Shown here piece after piece: positions 18,773-27,983 of a stretch of 64,000 nt of DNA. A program made the position numbers and the translations under genes. Position 1 is the stretch's first letter; every line of letters starts with the position of its first letter. The notes below the pieces were generated by a model that worked only from the letters and a program-made list of their open reading frames with translations, made no database searches and was not told the origin of the DNA. Origin of the DNA: Candidatus Limnocylindrales bacterium (lineage in GTDB: Archaea; Thermoproteota; Bathyarchaeia; Bathyarchaeales; Bathycorpusculaceae); NCBI GenBank assembly GCA_035319575.1, contig DATHCJ010000049.1, forward strand, positions 110 through 64,109, in the 5' to 3' direction.

Positions 18773-19711
18773 TCATCTGATTGCCTCCTCCAAAAGTGGG
18801 AATCTCTTGGCAACCGCTTTGCGCCTACTCTCGCCAGCTACGCTTCGGAGTTCCTTGGCAGCATCGACTGGCGAGGTTATTTTCTCTAAAGCTTTATTCC
18901 ACGTGCCAGAGTGTATCGGCGTGTGATGTACGGTTGTGCGTTTGACCGTCAAGGCCTCAGGGACGGGGCAAACGTTCTTGCAGGCACCACAATAAGTGCA
19001 GAATAAATCGCAAGGATAAACCTTCCCGTCTTGCCCGAGGGTTAACGCGCCCGTGATGGGGCAAACGTCAAGGCAGTCGTGGCAACTTTCAGGACATTTC
19101 TCCTGATTGATGGCGATTAATCCTTCGAAGGCTTTTTTGACTTTTATTGCGCCTGGATTGCATTTGAACTCGCATACCCTGCAAGTTGGACAGTAATCCT
19201 TCTGAATGTCTAGTTTAACCTGCACCCGCTTCCTGAGGCTAGGCGATAAAGCCTCAACATTTTCGACTGGCTTGCCCTCAAAATCGACTTTACTGACTTT
19301 TATCAGCGAAAGTGGACAGGCGGTTTCGCATTCAAGGCATTCTTTAGGGCATTGGCGCGTATCCACCGTTATATCACGAACCAGTTGTGGGTAACTTTCT
19401 TTTGCCAGTATAGAAAGGTCATGATTGCCGTTCAACATAACCTTGATTGCGCCATAAGGGCATGTGACATCGCAGATTCCGCAGAAATTACATTTAGCTA
19501 AATCAACGTCGACTTTAGCCTTCTTGGCTTTTTCCCCCGCGATCTTAAGCTGCTTTTGTGTTATTATGGCTTCTTTGGGACAGGCTAAAGTGCATATTTG
19601 GCAGCCGACACAGCGTGTTTTATCAAGAGTTAACTTGTAGTTTTTGACTTGCAAAACCCACTCTAGAGTTAGGGTGTCTATCGCGTCTTTCTTTAAGCTT
19701 TTAAACGGCAT
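18773..19711 (-). CDS. polyferredoxin (FwdF-like)
   Basis: Six CxxCxxCxxxC-type 4Fe-4S motifs; start placed at MPFKSL. Confidence 0.85.
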   Translation of the reverse strand: MPFKSLKKDAIDTLTLEWVLQVKNYKLTLDKTRCVGCQICTLACPKEAIITQKQLKIAGEKAKKAKVDVDLAKCNFCGICDVTCPYGAIKVMLNGNHDLSILAKESYPQLVRDITVDTRQCPKECLECETACPLSLIKVSKVDFEGKPVENVEALSPSLRKRVQVKLDIQKDYCPTCRVCEFKCNPGAIKVKKAFEGLIAINQEKCPESCHDCLDVCPITGALTLGQDGKVYPCDLFCTYCGACKNVCPVPEALTVKRTTVHHTPIHSGTWNKALEKITSPVDAAKELRSVAGESRRKAVAKRFPLLEEAIR

Positions 19712-19972
19712 TTTTTGCACCAAGAGTTTCCCAATTGCGCCAAACAAACTGCGTGCGGCGCCTAGACTTTTATTTGAAGGAATGCAGCGCTTTTGATATA
19801 AATATTGCCTGAAAAAACCGTGTTCTCCACGGTGCGAAGAACAAACTGGATTAATCAACCGTTGGAGAAACGGCTTTACACTTATCGAAAATGAGAAAAT
19901 TCTTTCAGCTTGGGAATTCAAAAATTAAACTCGAATATTTTTTTTGGTGGAATCGGCCTGCTTCCTTGGGCG

Positions 19973-20578
19973 TTATTCGTCTTCTTCTTTTGGCTCTTCT
20001 TTCTGTTCAGGGTTTTCAGTTTTCTGGGTGGAACTTGACAGTAGCATATTGATTAGAGCTCTCTGGTCTACTTCTGCTCGTGTTCGCCAGTCAAGGTATA
20101 TTTGTCCATTGTCGTCTTGCTCCAGATAGCCGTAACGAATGTACCTGTCGATGTTTAAGCCTATTTTCCAGTTTGGCATTTTTTCCCCGAGCATTTTCTC
20201 AACGTCTTTTCGCGGCGCTTGCCCTTTTTTGCTGATTACGTAAGAGATTGTTATGGCTAAGCCTGCTAGATCGTCGATGCGCCAACCAATCAGCTTGTCT
20301 TTCGCGGGTGAGTCGCTGCGCAGAGTAACATAGAATCTTGCATTCTCCAGCTCGTCCAAAGATGGTTTCTCGGGCGTTTTTTCTTCTTCGAAAACTGTCT
20401 TAACCTGTAGATCGAGCGGTTTTAGGTAATCGTTAAGTAAATCCAGCACTTTAGGGTAGTCTGAGCCTAAAACTTTGTGGAGTTCGGAGCCCTTTACGCC
20501 TGGTTTCATATGATGCTTGTAGAAGAGCATTCGTGTTGCTTTCTTGATTTTGCTTCCGTAAACGCCTTTCTTGCTCAA
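19973..20578 (-). CDS. KITE (Nse3/MAGE-like tandem winged-helix) subunit
   Basis: RMLFYK..KPGVKGSEL; LAGLAITISYVISKKG; YGYLEQ...IYLDWRTRAEV resembles MAGE/Nse3 YL...WGPRA..E; TTG start overlaps the upstream TGA. Confidence 0.6.
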   Translation of the reverse strand: MSKKGVYGSKIKKATRMLFYKHHMKPGVKGSELHKVLGSDYPKVLDLLNDYLKPLDLQVKTVFEEEKTPEKPSLDELENARFYVTLRSDSPAKDKLIGWRIDDLAGLAITISYVISKKGQAPRKDVEKMLGEKMPNWKIGLNIDRYIRYGYLEQDDNGQIYLDWRTRAEVDQRALINMLLSSSTQKTENPEQKEEPKEEDE

Positions 20579-21402
20579 TCCAATTCGCCTCTTTTCCATT
20601 TTAGCCAGTTTTCAAACGAAACGGCGATCGGCACGGAATTTAACTGCTTCTTTAAAATTTCGGTTCTCGGCTGTTCAAATGGTTTTATGAAAACAAGTTC
20701 CTCTAAAGGATCGATCTCCAACGTTGCGTAACCGTAAGTAACTAAAAAGGTAGTTAAGAATGCTCTTTGAACCGTTTGCTCGTACGTGTCCGCCCCGATG
20801 AAATCCCAATAACTGATTTTGCCATCCTGTCCATTCTTGACTACGCAATCTTTGAGTTCTTGCCAGTAACTGTTGATTTCGTCGGCGAATTCCTTATCGC
20901 CTAGAATGCGTTGCTTGATCAACTCATCTCTGCTTGCAACAGCGTTTGAAACTTCAGCTGCGTCAAAGTCTTTCCATCTGTCACTGATAGGCGCCAGTGC
21001 TTTCCAGTACAGCAGTCCCTGCGTCAAAGTGTTAAGGCTGATTTGTTCAAATTCAACCAGTGGACTCCAAGCGTAAAGGAAGACGTCAACCATTTCCTGT
21101 TTGCCCATTTGCAGGATTTTTTCTTCCAGAAGAAACGGGTCAGTATAAAGCGCCGTTGACCGGTGCTTAACCCATTCACTCTGCAATTTGATGACTGTAG
21201 CTAAGTGATGGAGTGTTTCAGCGTCAAGTTTCAACTCTTCCGGGTCCTTCCACTGCGGAAAATACTGTTTAACCACTTGGATGATTTCATCAATGTTCAA
21301 CGTGAAAGGGTCTGCCGTGCGAGTTTCGATGGCGATGCACATTTCAATTATACGCTCAAGCTTTTCCTTGCCCAAAGCCTTAGATCTCTTAGCCGTCTCC
21401 AT
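20575..21402 (-). CDS. kleisin-like (ScpA/Nse4-like) protein
   Basis: DPFTLNI N-terminal motif; VQRAFLTTFLVTYGYATL C-terminal winged helix; translationally coupled to SMC. Confidence 0.6.
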   Translation of the reverse strand: METAKRSKALGKEKLERIIEMCIAIETRTADPFTLNIDEIIQVVKQYFPQWKDPEELKLDAETLHHLATVIKLQSEWVKHRSTALYTDPFLLEEKILQMGKQEMVDVFLYAWSPLVEFEQISLNTLTQGLLYWKALAPISDRWKDFDAAEVSNAVASRDELIKQRILGDKEFADEINSYWQELKDCVVKNGQDGKISYWDFIGADTYEQTVQRAFLTTFLVTYGYATLEIDPLEELVFIKPFEQPRTEILKKQLNSVPIAVSFENWLKWKRGELD

Positions 21403-23327
21403 TAGGCCACAACCTCGCGCACAACCGATTTTCCTTCTACATTCTGAACTGCAATCACGTTTGCGTCTTGCTGGGCGAAGGTGATTTGGCTTGGAGTGAT
21501 CACCACGTATTGGGCGTTTGCATCTTTAATCGTGGCAAGAAGGATTTTAGCAATCAATTCGCGGTTTTTCGGGTCCATATGAATGTCATATTCATCCACT
21601 GCGCGAAAAGGCGAACGAACATGTTGCTGCAGGGCCAACAGAAAACTCATTGTTGCCATGGTTCGTTCCCCGCCGCTTTGCGTGTAAGAGTCAAGCGCTA
21701 TGGGTTTCCCACCTTTGAACCCAACCATAATTTCTAACCCAGCCGCTTCAATCTCCTGCGCGTTTGAAAGTCGTACTTCCCCAGTTGCTAAAGTTTGAGT
21801 CATGATTCGCTGATACTCTACGTTCACCCTTTCAAGGAGGCTTTCCATAACTGTTCGCCAAGACAACATGCGGGTTTTAACCTCCTCAAGTGTTTTCTCT
21901 CGGTTTTCAGCCACAAGCTCGGCTTTCTGTCTTAGCTCCAAATAGAGTTTTGAGTAAGATTCATACTGGCGTTCAATATCCTCTGAAACGTCAGTGAGCG
22001 CCGCCAAGTGTCCTTCTGTCAGGCGGATTTCATCTTGGATGTCGCTAACGCTTTCTATAACTGCTAATCGTTCACCCGACTCCTGCGCCTTTTGAATCGT
22101 CAAGTTCAGGCTTTCTCGGGCTTCACTAAGCGATTTTTCAATGTCTTTCAGGTTCACAATCGCATTCGCCCGCTTAAACTCCAAAAGCGCAAGTTTTACC
22201 CGTTGATCCAACATTTCATCAGCGACTTTTGCAGCATTCTCTTCCAAGTAAATCATTCCTGCTTGGTTTTGTTTAACCTGCTCGTTTGTCTTGGAGATTT
22301 GCACTTGCGAATTTTTGAGAATTTCTTTGAGGTTTTCGCTATTAAGCAGCTTTAGCTGACTCTTGCTGGCTTGGATGGCTTCCTCCAGCATTTGAGTTTC
22401 TTCAAGCAGCTGGCTTATCAATGACTGTGTGGATTGGTTTCGGGCGATTTCGTGTTCAAGGATTAATCGTTCATCAAAGGCCGCTTTTATGTTCCCTTTC
22501 AACGTTGCCTGTTGATTTTGCTGAGCACTCAGATGGTTTGTTATTTCTTGTTTTTCCTCTTCAATCCTGTTCAGGGTCTCTTTGTTTTCGTTAAGGCTCG
22601 ACTGCAAATCTTTAATCACGCTTTCCCGTCTTTCAACTTCTGCCCAAGTTAATTCACGATCCAGAAAACGTCGCTTAAGCTGCAGCTGCTTTTTCTCTTG
22701 GAATTTGTCATACTGTTCACGCCAGTAACCGAGTGTCTGCTGCGCTTGCTCCAACAGTTTAGTCACAGACTCTTCCTGAGTGAGAATTCGAGTAAGCTTG
22801 TCTTTTGCTTGAACAACGTTTTCACGGAAGGGCTCCAACCCCACCGCTGCTTCAACCATGCGTAGTTTTTCAACGTTGCTGAGAACACTGAATTGCTCAA
22901 CCATGCTCTGATGCATGATGATTAACATGTTGTCAGGGTCAACGCCGAACTTGCCGAGTAACCGTTCAACGTCCTGTTTGCTCGCGGCTCGGTTTTCAAG
23001 GTCAAACCAGTATTTGCCGTCACGACGCAGAACACGGGTTAGAAACAGCTGGTCCTTCGGGTACTTTTGCACTGGACGCTTGTTTCCCTGTTTGGTATTA
23101 TCTAAAATAAGCGTCACTCGGGCTTGGTCCTTGCCCCACCTGATTAAATCGCTCAGTTTCCTCGAGCGTTCAGTATAAGTTTGGCCTAACCCAACCGATA
23201 TTGCCAGCAAAAGTGAGGATTTTCCTGCGCCGTTGGGTCCCCCGATTACGTTTACGCCTTTTTTGAAGGGTACCCTAGCATACTCGTAACTCATGAAGTT
23301 TTCAAGTATAACCTCTTGAATCAGCAT
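21402..23327 (-). CDS. short SMC-family ATPase, Smc5/6-like (coalescin/Sph-related)
   Basis: ENFMSY, GPNGAGKSS, coiled coil, QSGGER, SPFRAVDEYDIHMDPKNR, QYVVITP. Confidence 0.85.
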   Translation of the reverse strand: MLIQEVILENFMSYEYARVPFKKGVNVIGGPNGAGKSSLLLAISVGLGQTYTERSRKLSDLIRWGKDQARVTLILDNTKQGNKRPVQKYPKDQLFLTRVLRRDGKYWFDLENRAASKQDVERLLGKFGVDPDNMLIIMHQSMVEQFSVLSNVEKLRMVEAAVGLEPFRENVVQAKDKLTRILTQEESVTKLLEQAQQTLGYWREQYDKFQEKKQLQLKRRFLDRELTWAEVERRESVIKDLQSSLNENKETLNRIEEEKQEITNHLSAQQNQQATLKGNIKAAFDERLILEHEIARNQSTQSLISQLLEETQMLEEAIQASKSQLKLLNSENLKEILKNSQVQISKTNEQVKQNQAGMIYLEENAAKVADEMLDQRVKLALLEFKRANAIVNLKDIEKSLSEARESLNLTIQKAQESGERLAVIESVSDIQDEIRLTEGHLAALTDVSEDIERQYESYSKLYLELRQKAELVAENREKTLEEVKTRMLSWRTVMESLLERVNVEYQRIMTQTLATGEVRLSNAQEIEAAGLEIMVGFKGGKPIALDSYTQSGGERTMATMSFLLALQQHVRSPFRAVDEYDIHMDPKNRELIAKILLATIKDANAQYVVITPSQITFAQQDANVIAVQNVEGKSVVREVVA

Positions 23328-23484
23328 TCGCCTTTCTAAGCCTCTAAATTCAGCGTCCCTAACTATTGAAAATCGGGTTATTAAAACAATTTGACATCCT
23401 TTTGCCCGTTGCCTCCATTCGAAGGAATGCGATTAAATCATTCGCCGCCAAGCAAAAGGCATGATCTTTAAAAGGTGGAAATAT

Positions 23485-24039
23485 TCACTGAGCCGTTAGA
23501 ACGGCCACATAACACTTTAAATCCTCAATATCCAAGAAAGAAGCGACTCGCATTGAAGTCCTCTCGAGAACATTCATGAATGCCTCCATTGGAAAAGCCT
23601 TCTTCAACCCAGTCACTACAACACTTCCGCCTGGCTTTGCGACCCTTTTGAGTTCGTTTAAAGTTTCTGAGGGTTCAGGCATGTTCTGAAGCACCGTAAA
23701 CGCGAAAACGGCATCAAAAAAGCCTTCACTGAACGGCAAGTAGTCGACGTCAGCCCGTAAAACAAAAGCATTACTAAACTTCTTCGCTTGATTTTTGGCT
23801 TTAAGGAGTAGCTTTCGTGAAAAGTCAACGCCCAAAACCATCCTAACTTGGTCTGCGACTTGGCTGAAAAACAACCCGGTGCCACACCCAACATCCAAAA
23901 CAATGCTGCCAGCAACATCAACGTTTTCAAGCGAAGCTTTGTACTTAGCCTGCTGCTCTTCCCTATAGCGCTCCTCGTACATATCAGCCGTCAAATCGTA
24001 CTGTTGCATCACTCTGCGCTTACTTTTCCAACCAGCCAT
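23485..24039 (-). CDS. class I SAM-dependent methyltransferase
   Basis: VLDVGCGTG, LPF...FDAVF, KPGG. Confidence 0.9.
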   Translation of the reverse strand: MAGWKSKRRVMQQYDLTADMYEERYREEQQAKYKASLENVDVAGSIVLDVGCGTGLFFSQVADQVRMVLGVDFSRKLLLKAKNQAKKFSNAFVLRADVDYLPFSEGFFDAVFAFTVLQNMPEPSETLNELKRVAKPGGSVVVTGLKKAFPMEAFMNVLERTSMRVASFLDIEDLKCYVAVLTAQ

Positions 24040-24087
24040 CGCGTTTCCTTCAAGAAATCTTATCTACCCAAAGCCTGTCTAAAATAG

Positions 24088-24888
24088 TTGGCTGAAAGCA
24101 AGTTGCAACGATCAAACAAACTCTCTGTTCTAACGGCACCGTCGCTAGCGGAAGCGGCCAAGCTGATCGAGAAAGCTTTTGCCCAAAGAAGAACCCTCAT
24201 AGTCGCGGGTGAATGTGACGTTCATTACGTGGGCAGAGCAAGCTCCACGCTTGAACCAGGCGAACGCATATTGATCATAAAGGCGGATGGGTCACTTCTT
24301 GTTCACCGCCCGGTGGGCTACGAACCAGTCAACTGGCAGCCCTCGGGAAGCATCTTTCATGTCCAAGTCAAAGACAAAAGCAATCTTGAGGTTCACGCAG
24401 TTAGACAGAAGCCGAAGGAAGACGTGAAAATCAATTTTACGGATGTCTTGATGGTTTCAACATTAAGCCTTGACGATCCAGGCGAGTTTCTGCTTTACGC
24501 AAGCGATGAAGACATGCACAAAGCGATTTTGCTCAAGCCTGAGCTCTTAGAGGAAGGCTTCAAACCGATCAGCTATGAGAAAAAGGTTGAGCCCGGGTTT
24601 GTGGACGTTTACGGCGAGGATAAAGAGGGTCGGCTGGTCGTGGTTGAGGTTAAGCGGAAAACAGCTGGAAAAGAAGCTGTGCTGCAACTCGCACGATACA
24701 TTGGCGCGATTAAGGAGAAGGCAAACCGTGAATTGCGCGGCGTACTTGTTGCGCCCAGTTTAGGCAAAGGCGTTCAGAGAATGTTGGCAACGATGGGTTT
24801 AGAGTTTAAAGCCTTGGATCCTAAGCAATGCGCGGCTGTACTGAAGAAAAAAGAGAATGCGCGGTTAGAAACCTTCATTAAAAACTAG
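24088..24888 (+). CDS. nucS: mismatch endonuclease NucS/EndoMS
   Basis: YVGRASS, KADGSLLVH, PVNWQP, VDVYG, VEVKR, QLARY, RGVLVAP. Confidence 0.93.
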   Translation: MAESKLQRSNKLSVLTAPSLAEAAKLIEKAFAQRRTLIVAGECDVHYVGRASSTLEPGERILIIKADGSLLVHRPVGYEPVNWQPSGSIFHVQVKDKSNLEVHAVRQKPKEDVKINFTDVLMVSTLSLDDPGEFLLYASDEDMHKAILLKPELLEEGFKPISYEKKVEPGFVDVYGEDKEGRLVVVEVKRKTAGKEAVLQLARYIGAIKEKANRELRGVLVAPSLGKGVQRMLATMGLEFKALDPKQCAAVLKKKENARLETFIKN

Positions 24889-24946
24889 AATTTGCTTCGG
24901 CTCGATCTTTTCTCAAAATTTGCTGAGAATTATTGGTTAAGAGTGC

Positions 24947-26323
24947 TTAAGTCTTTGCATCTTTCGCTTCATAAGCTAGCCAGGTTAACGGTACAAGAGC
25001 GATGAAGTAGTACCGTACAAGTTGATAGATTAGATACCGAACCTGAGATATAGGCCAGTAGGAAATCCAATAATCAGGCATCCAATAGTTTTCGTAAACA
25101 AAATACAAAGCAGTAACAAGGACGCCTGTTACGAAGGGTATGAGAGTCATCAACCATAGACCACTCAATCTTTCTTCCCGGACCCGCCTCCAAGCTTTTT
25201 GCAGGTAATCCCTGAAGAACCAAACGTAAGATGACGCGAAAATCAGGGTGAAGGCGGCGAAAAATAGAGTCTCCACAAGAAAGCCTCCAACCTGGTTTCC
25301 GAATACGTACGCTTGTGCTTGATCCATGTAGCTGCTCGGTTGAGCTGCCGCTAGAAGGTTCCAAAAGCCGCCGTTCCAAAAGTCATGAATGTTTCTGGCG
25401 GTCCACGCCCCATCTAAGCCGAGCAAGACTACGACGGCTACGATGTAGTTTTTATTTGTGAACATTTTCCATCCCATATAACGGAATCGCCAAAGCACGA
25501 CTGCGGCCACGGGTATCATGACGAAGACGCCGAAGCTTGATTTCGTTAAAACCCCAAGCCCGGCGGCTATTCCAGCGAGGATTATTCGGTTCTCCTTCTG
25601 CGGCTTTATGCTTTCAAGAAGAAAATATACCGTCAGCGTGTAGAGAATCAAGACGAGGGGTTCAGAGTAGTTTCTTGAAGCTCCGAAAATGTAAATCGGA
25701 ATGGTTGTCGCCAGAGCGGTTGTGATCACGCCGGCTGTGAACCCGTACATCCTTTTGGTAACGAAAAACACCACGAGTATCGACAAGAGAAAAACTATTT
25801 CATCAGCTATCTGAGTCCCCAGATGAACGGGTAAAACGGCATAGAAAACTGACAGGTACAAAGGAAACAAGGGTCCGAAATGATGCGTCAACGTCCCATT
25901 AGCGATGAAGTCGTGCTCCACGAGGAAGGACTGCCCCATCTGCTGGTACGTGAACCCATCGTTCATCCAGGCGTAATTAGCCTGCGTAACAGTGACGTTA
26001 AGGTAAGTGAACATGCAAGCGCCAACAATCACAGCCAGCAGAAAAGAGGTTACGAGGATTTTATGCGGCGCCGCTAAGATGTCAGGTTCTTTCTTCAGGA
26101 ACCACGTGAAGCCTATTCCAAAGGCTCCGGCAACAGCGTATACGCCGAGAAGCGCCATTGATTCGTTGCTTCCCATGAATGCAACCCAATTGTTCATGTT
26201 TCCTTGCAGAACAATGAAAAGTAATAAGCCGACGAGGAGGTAAACGCAGATTATTATGGGCAAAAAATGGCGGAAATGCTTGTTTAACGAATCGCTAAGC
26301 TTGGATTTCAAGGCTCGTAACAT
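24947..26323 (-). CDS. GT-C fold membrane glycosyltransferase (ArnT/PMT-like)
   Basis: DGFTY, GPLFP, YSEPL, GLGVLTK, many TM helices. Confidence 0.75.
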   Translation of the reverse strand: MLRALKSKLSDSLNKHFRHFLPIIICVYLLVGLLLFIVLQGNMNNWVAFMGSNESMALLGVYAVAGAFGIGFTWFLKKEPDILAAPHKILVTSFLLAVIVGACMFTYLNVTVTQANYAWMNDGFTYQQMGQSFLVEHDFIANGTLTHHFGPLFPLYLSVFYAVLPVHLGTQIADEIVFLLSILVVFFVTKRMYGFTAGVITTALATTIPIYIFGASRNYSEPLVLILYTLTVYFLLESIKPQKENRIILAGIAAGLGVLTKSSFGVFVMIPVAAVVLWRFRYMGWKMFTNKNYIVAVVVLLGLDGAWTARNIHDFWNGGFWNLLAAAQPSSYMDQAQAYVFGNQVGGFLVETLFFAAFTLIFASSYVWFFRDYLQKAWRRVREERLSGLWLMTLIPFVTGVLVTALYFVYENYWMPDYWISYWPISQVRYLIYQLVRYYFIALVPLTWLAYEAKDAKT

Positions 26324-26447
26324 GGACTAATGACCAATCTTTAATTCTTCGAGCTTTTCAATGCTATACTGCAAAGCTAAATTTAAAAAAGCTTGGATAT
26401 TCTCCTGAAACATCAGAAAAAGCGAAAACTGGAAGAAACTGGGAAAG

Positions 26448-27008
26448 TCACAGCCAAGGTTTGCAGATTATCTCATGAACCTTGACGTCAAAGAAGTCTT
26501 GAACGTTTGCTGGTCTGAGTACAAGAGCTGTGTCAGCGCCTCCTCCCGAGCCGCCTATTGAGATTGCGTCCTCTTTTACGCTTAGGAGTCCTGAATCTGC
26601 AGCCATAATAGCGATTTCAACCGCTACTTTTACTCCCTGCCCGAAAATCCGCAGCGTATTTGCAACAATCTCATCGGATTGGTAAGTGCCGAACTTTCTT
26701 CTAACTGCGCGACCTAAGCCTCCGAAGGCGTGCGTGGTCGTAAGGATTTTTCCGCCTGCCTTCAGGATCCTTTCGCGGTTTTCTGTCTTTAGTTCCTGAA
26801 CGTCAGGGGCGACGAATCCGGTGCTGTGGGTAACCACGACAACGTTGTAATCGCTAAATGACTCTGCCACTTTGGCTCCTGTTTCTCCCGTTGTAGAAGC
26901 GACAAGAATCGTTTTCACACCCAACTCTTCAGCTCGCTTCTTGACCATGTTTAACAATGTTTGAACGTCCATGGCATTGACCTCCTTTGCATTTTCTGTT
27001 TTCAGCAT
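26448..27008 (-). CDS. pyruvate kinase C-terminal-like (alpha/beta) domain protein
   Basis: VASTTGETG, VVVTH..GF, GQGVKVAVEIAIMAADSG, GGSGGGADTA. Confidence 0.85.
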   Translation of the reverse strand: MLKTENAKEVNAMDVQTLLNMVKKRAEELGVKTILVASTTGETGAKVAESFSDYNVVVVTHSTGFVAPDVQELKTENRERILKAGGKILTTTHAFGGLGRAVRRKFGTYQSDEIVANTLRIFGQGVKVAVEIAIMAADSGLLSVKEDAISIGGSGGGADTALVLRPANVQDFFDVKVHEIICKPWL

Positions 27009-27164
27009 ATAATATCATCCACCGGTACCAACGATGTCGCGCAATCGATTTAACGTTTACGATGACAAACGTTTGGCTAAAAAACGAAATATGAATTGTG
27101 AATTAGTAAGCTATAACTTGTTTAAACGCAGATAACGATTGATTCAGAAATAGGCGATGTTGAA

Positions 27165-27983
27165 TTGCAAAGAAAGTTCAGTGCTGCTTCTGAACCCCTG
27201 ATTGAAACAAGCGGACTCAGCAAGCGGTTCGGCTCAGTTCAAGCCTTAACCGATGTGAATTTGCGGGTTATGCCCGGTGAAATTTACGGATTACTCGGTC
27301 CGAATGGTGCCGGCAAGACTACGGCCATCAAAACTGTCCTCGGTCTATTGGAGCCCACTTTAGGTTGGATCAAGGTCGGCGGCTTCGACCCAGCTAAGAA
27401 CCCGATCGATGTTAAATCAAAAATCGGTTATGTGGCTGAAAATCCGATCGTTTATGATTCTTTATCTCCTCGCGATTTCTTGGAGTTTGTAGCGTCAATC
27501 AGGAAAACCGATCAAGTCGTCACTAACGAGCTGGTCACTCAGCTTGCGAATGCTTTTGATATGGGCCCATATTTCGATTCGCCGATAGCTACTCTTTCTT
27601 TGGGGATGAAGCAGAAGGTGGCTTTGATTGCCTCACTTATTCATCAACCGCCTGTTCTACTGCTGGATGAACCGCTGAACGGTCTGGACGCAAAAAGCAG
27701 CCGTATAGTCAAGGAACTGCTTTCATTTCACGCCCAAAAAGGCGGTGCGGTGCTATTCTCAACACACATAATGCAGGTTGCTGAGCAGGTTTGTTCGAGA
27801 ATTGGCATAATATATCAAGGCAAAGTAATAGCTGAAGGAACCCTTGACGAACTCAGGAGCAAAACCGAAGGCAAGGGAGGCACGCTGGAAGAAGTTTTCT
27901 TGAAGTTGACCCATGAGGAAGCTGAAGTTGCTGACACCATGAGAATGCTGAGGGAGGCATTCTTCAAGCATGAAGTTAGCTGA
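27165..27983 (+). CDS. ABC transporter ATP-binding protein
   Basis: GPNGAGKT, LSLGMKQK, LLLDEP. Confidence 0.93.
   Translation: MQRKFSAASEPLIETSGLSKRFGSVQALTDVNLRVMPGEIYGLLGPNGAGKTTAIKTVLGLLEPTLGWIKVGGFDPAKNPIDVKSKIGYVAENPIVYDSLSPRDFLEFVASIRKTDQVVTNELVTQLANAFDMGPYFDSPIATLSLGMKQKVALIASLIHQPPVLLLDEPLNGLDAKSSRIVKELLSFHAQKGGAVLFSTHIMQVAEQVCSRIGIIYQGKVIAEGTLDELRSKTEGKGGTLEEVFLKLTHEEAEVADTMRMLREAFFKHEVS

Noticed and set aside
18626-18775. The polyferredoxin is in frame with hdrA and separated only by two TGAs (18773 and 18638), suggesting a giant read-through fusion
   Set aside because: The 49-codon linker looks non-coding and contains a TATA box, operator repeats and an SD-like GAGG; neither TGA is in a Cys-like motif; plausible by chance
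19712-19921. 70-aa N-terminal extension of the polyferredoxin
   Set aside because: Reads through a promoter-like intergenic region with no conserved features
19973-23327. Wadjet/MksBEFG defence system
   Set aside because: No JetD/MksG nuclease is adjacent, and the SMC is short with Smc5/6-like motifs
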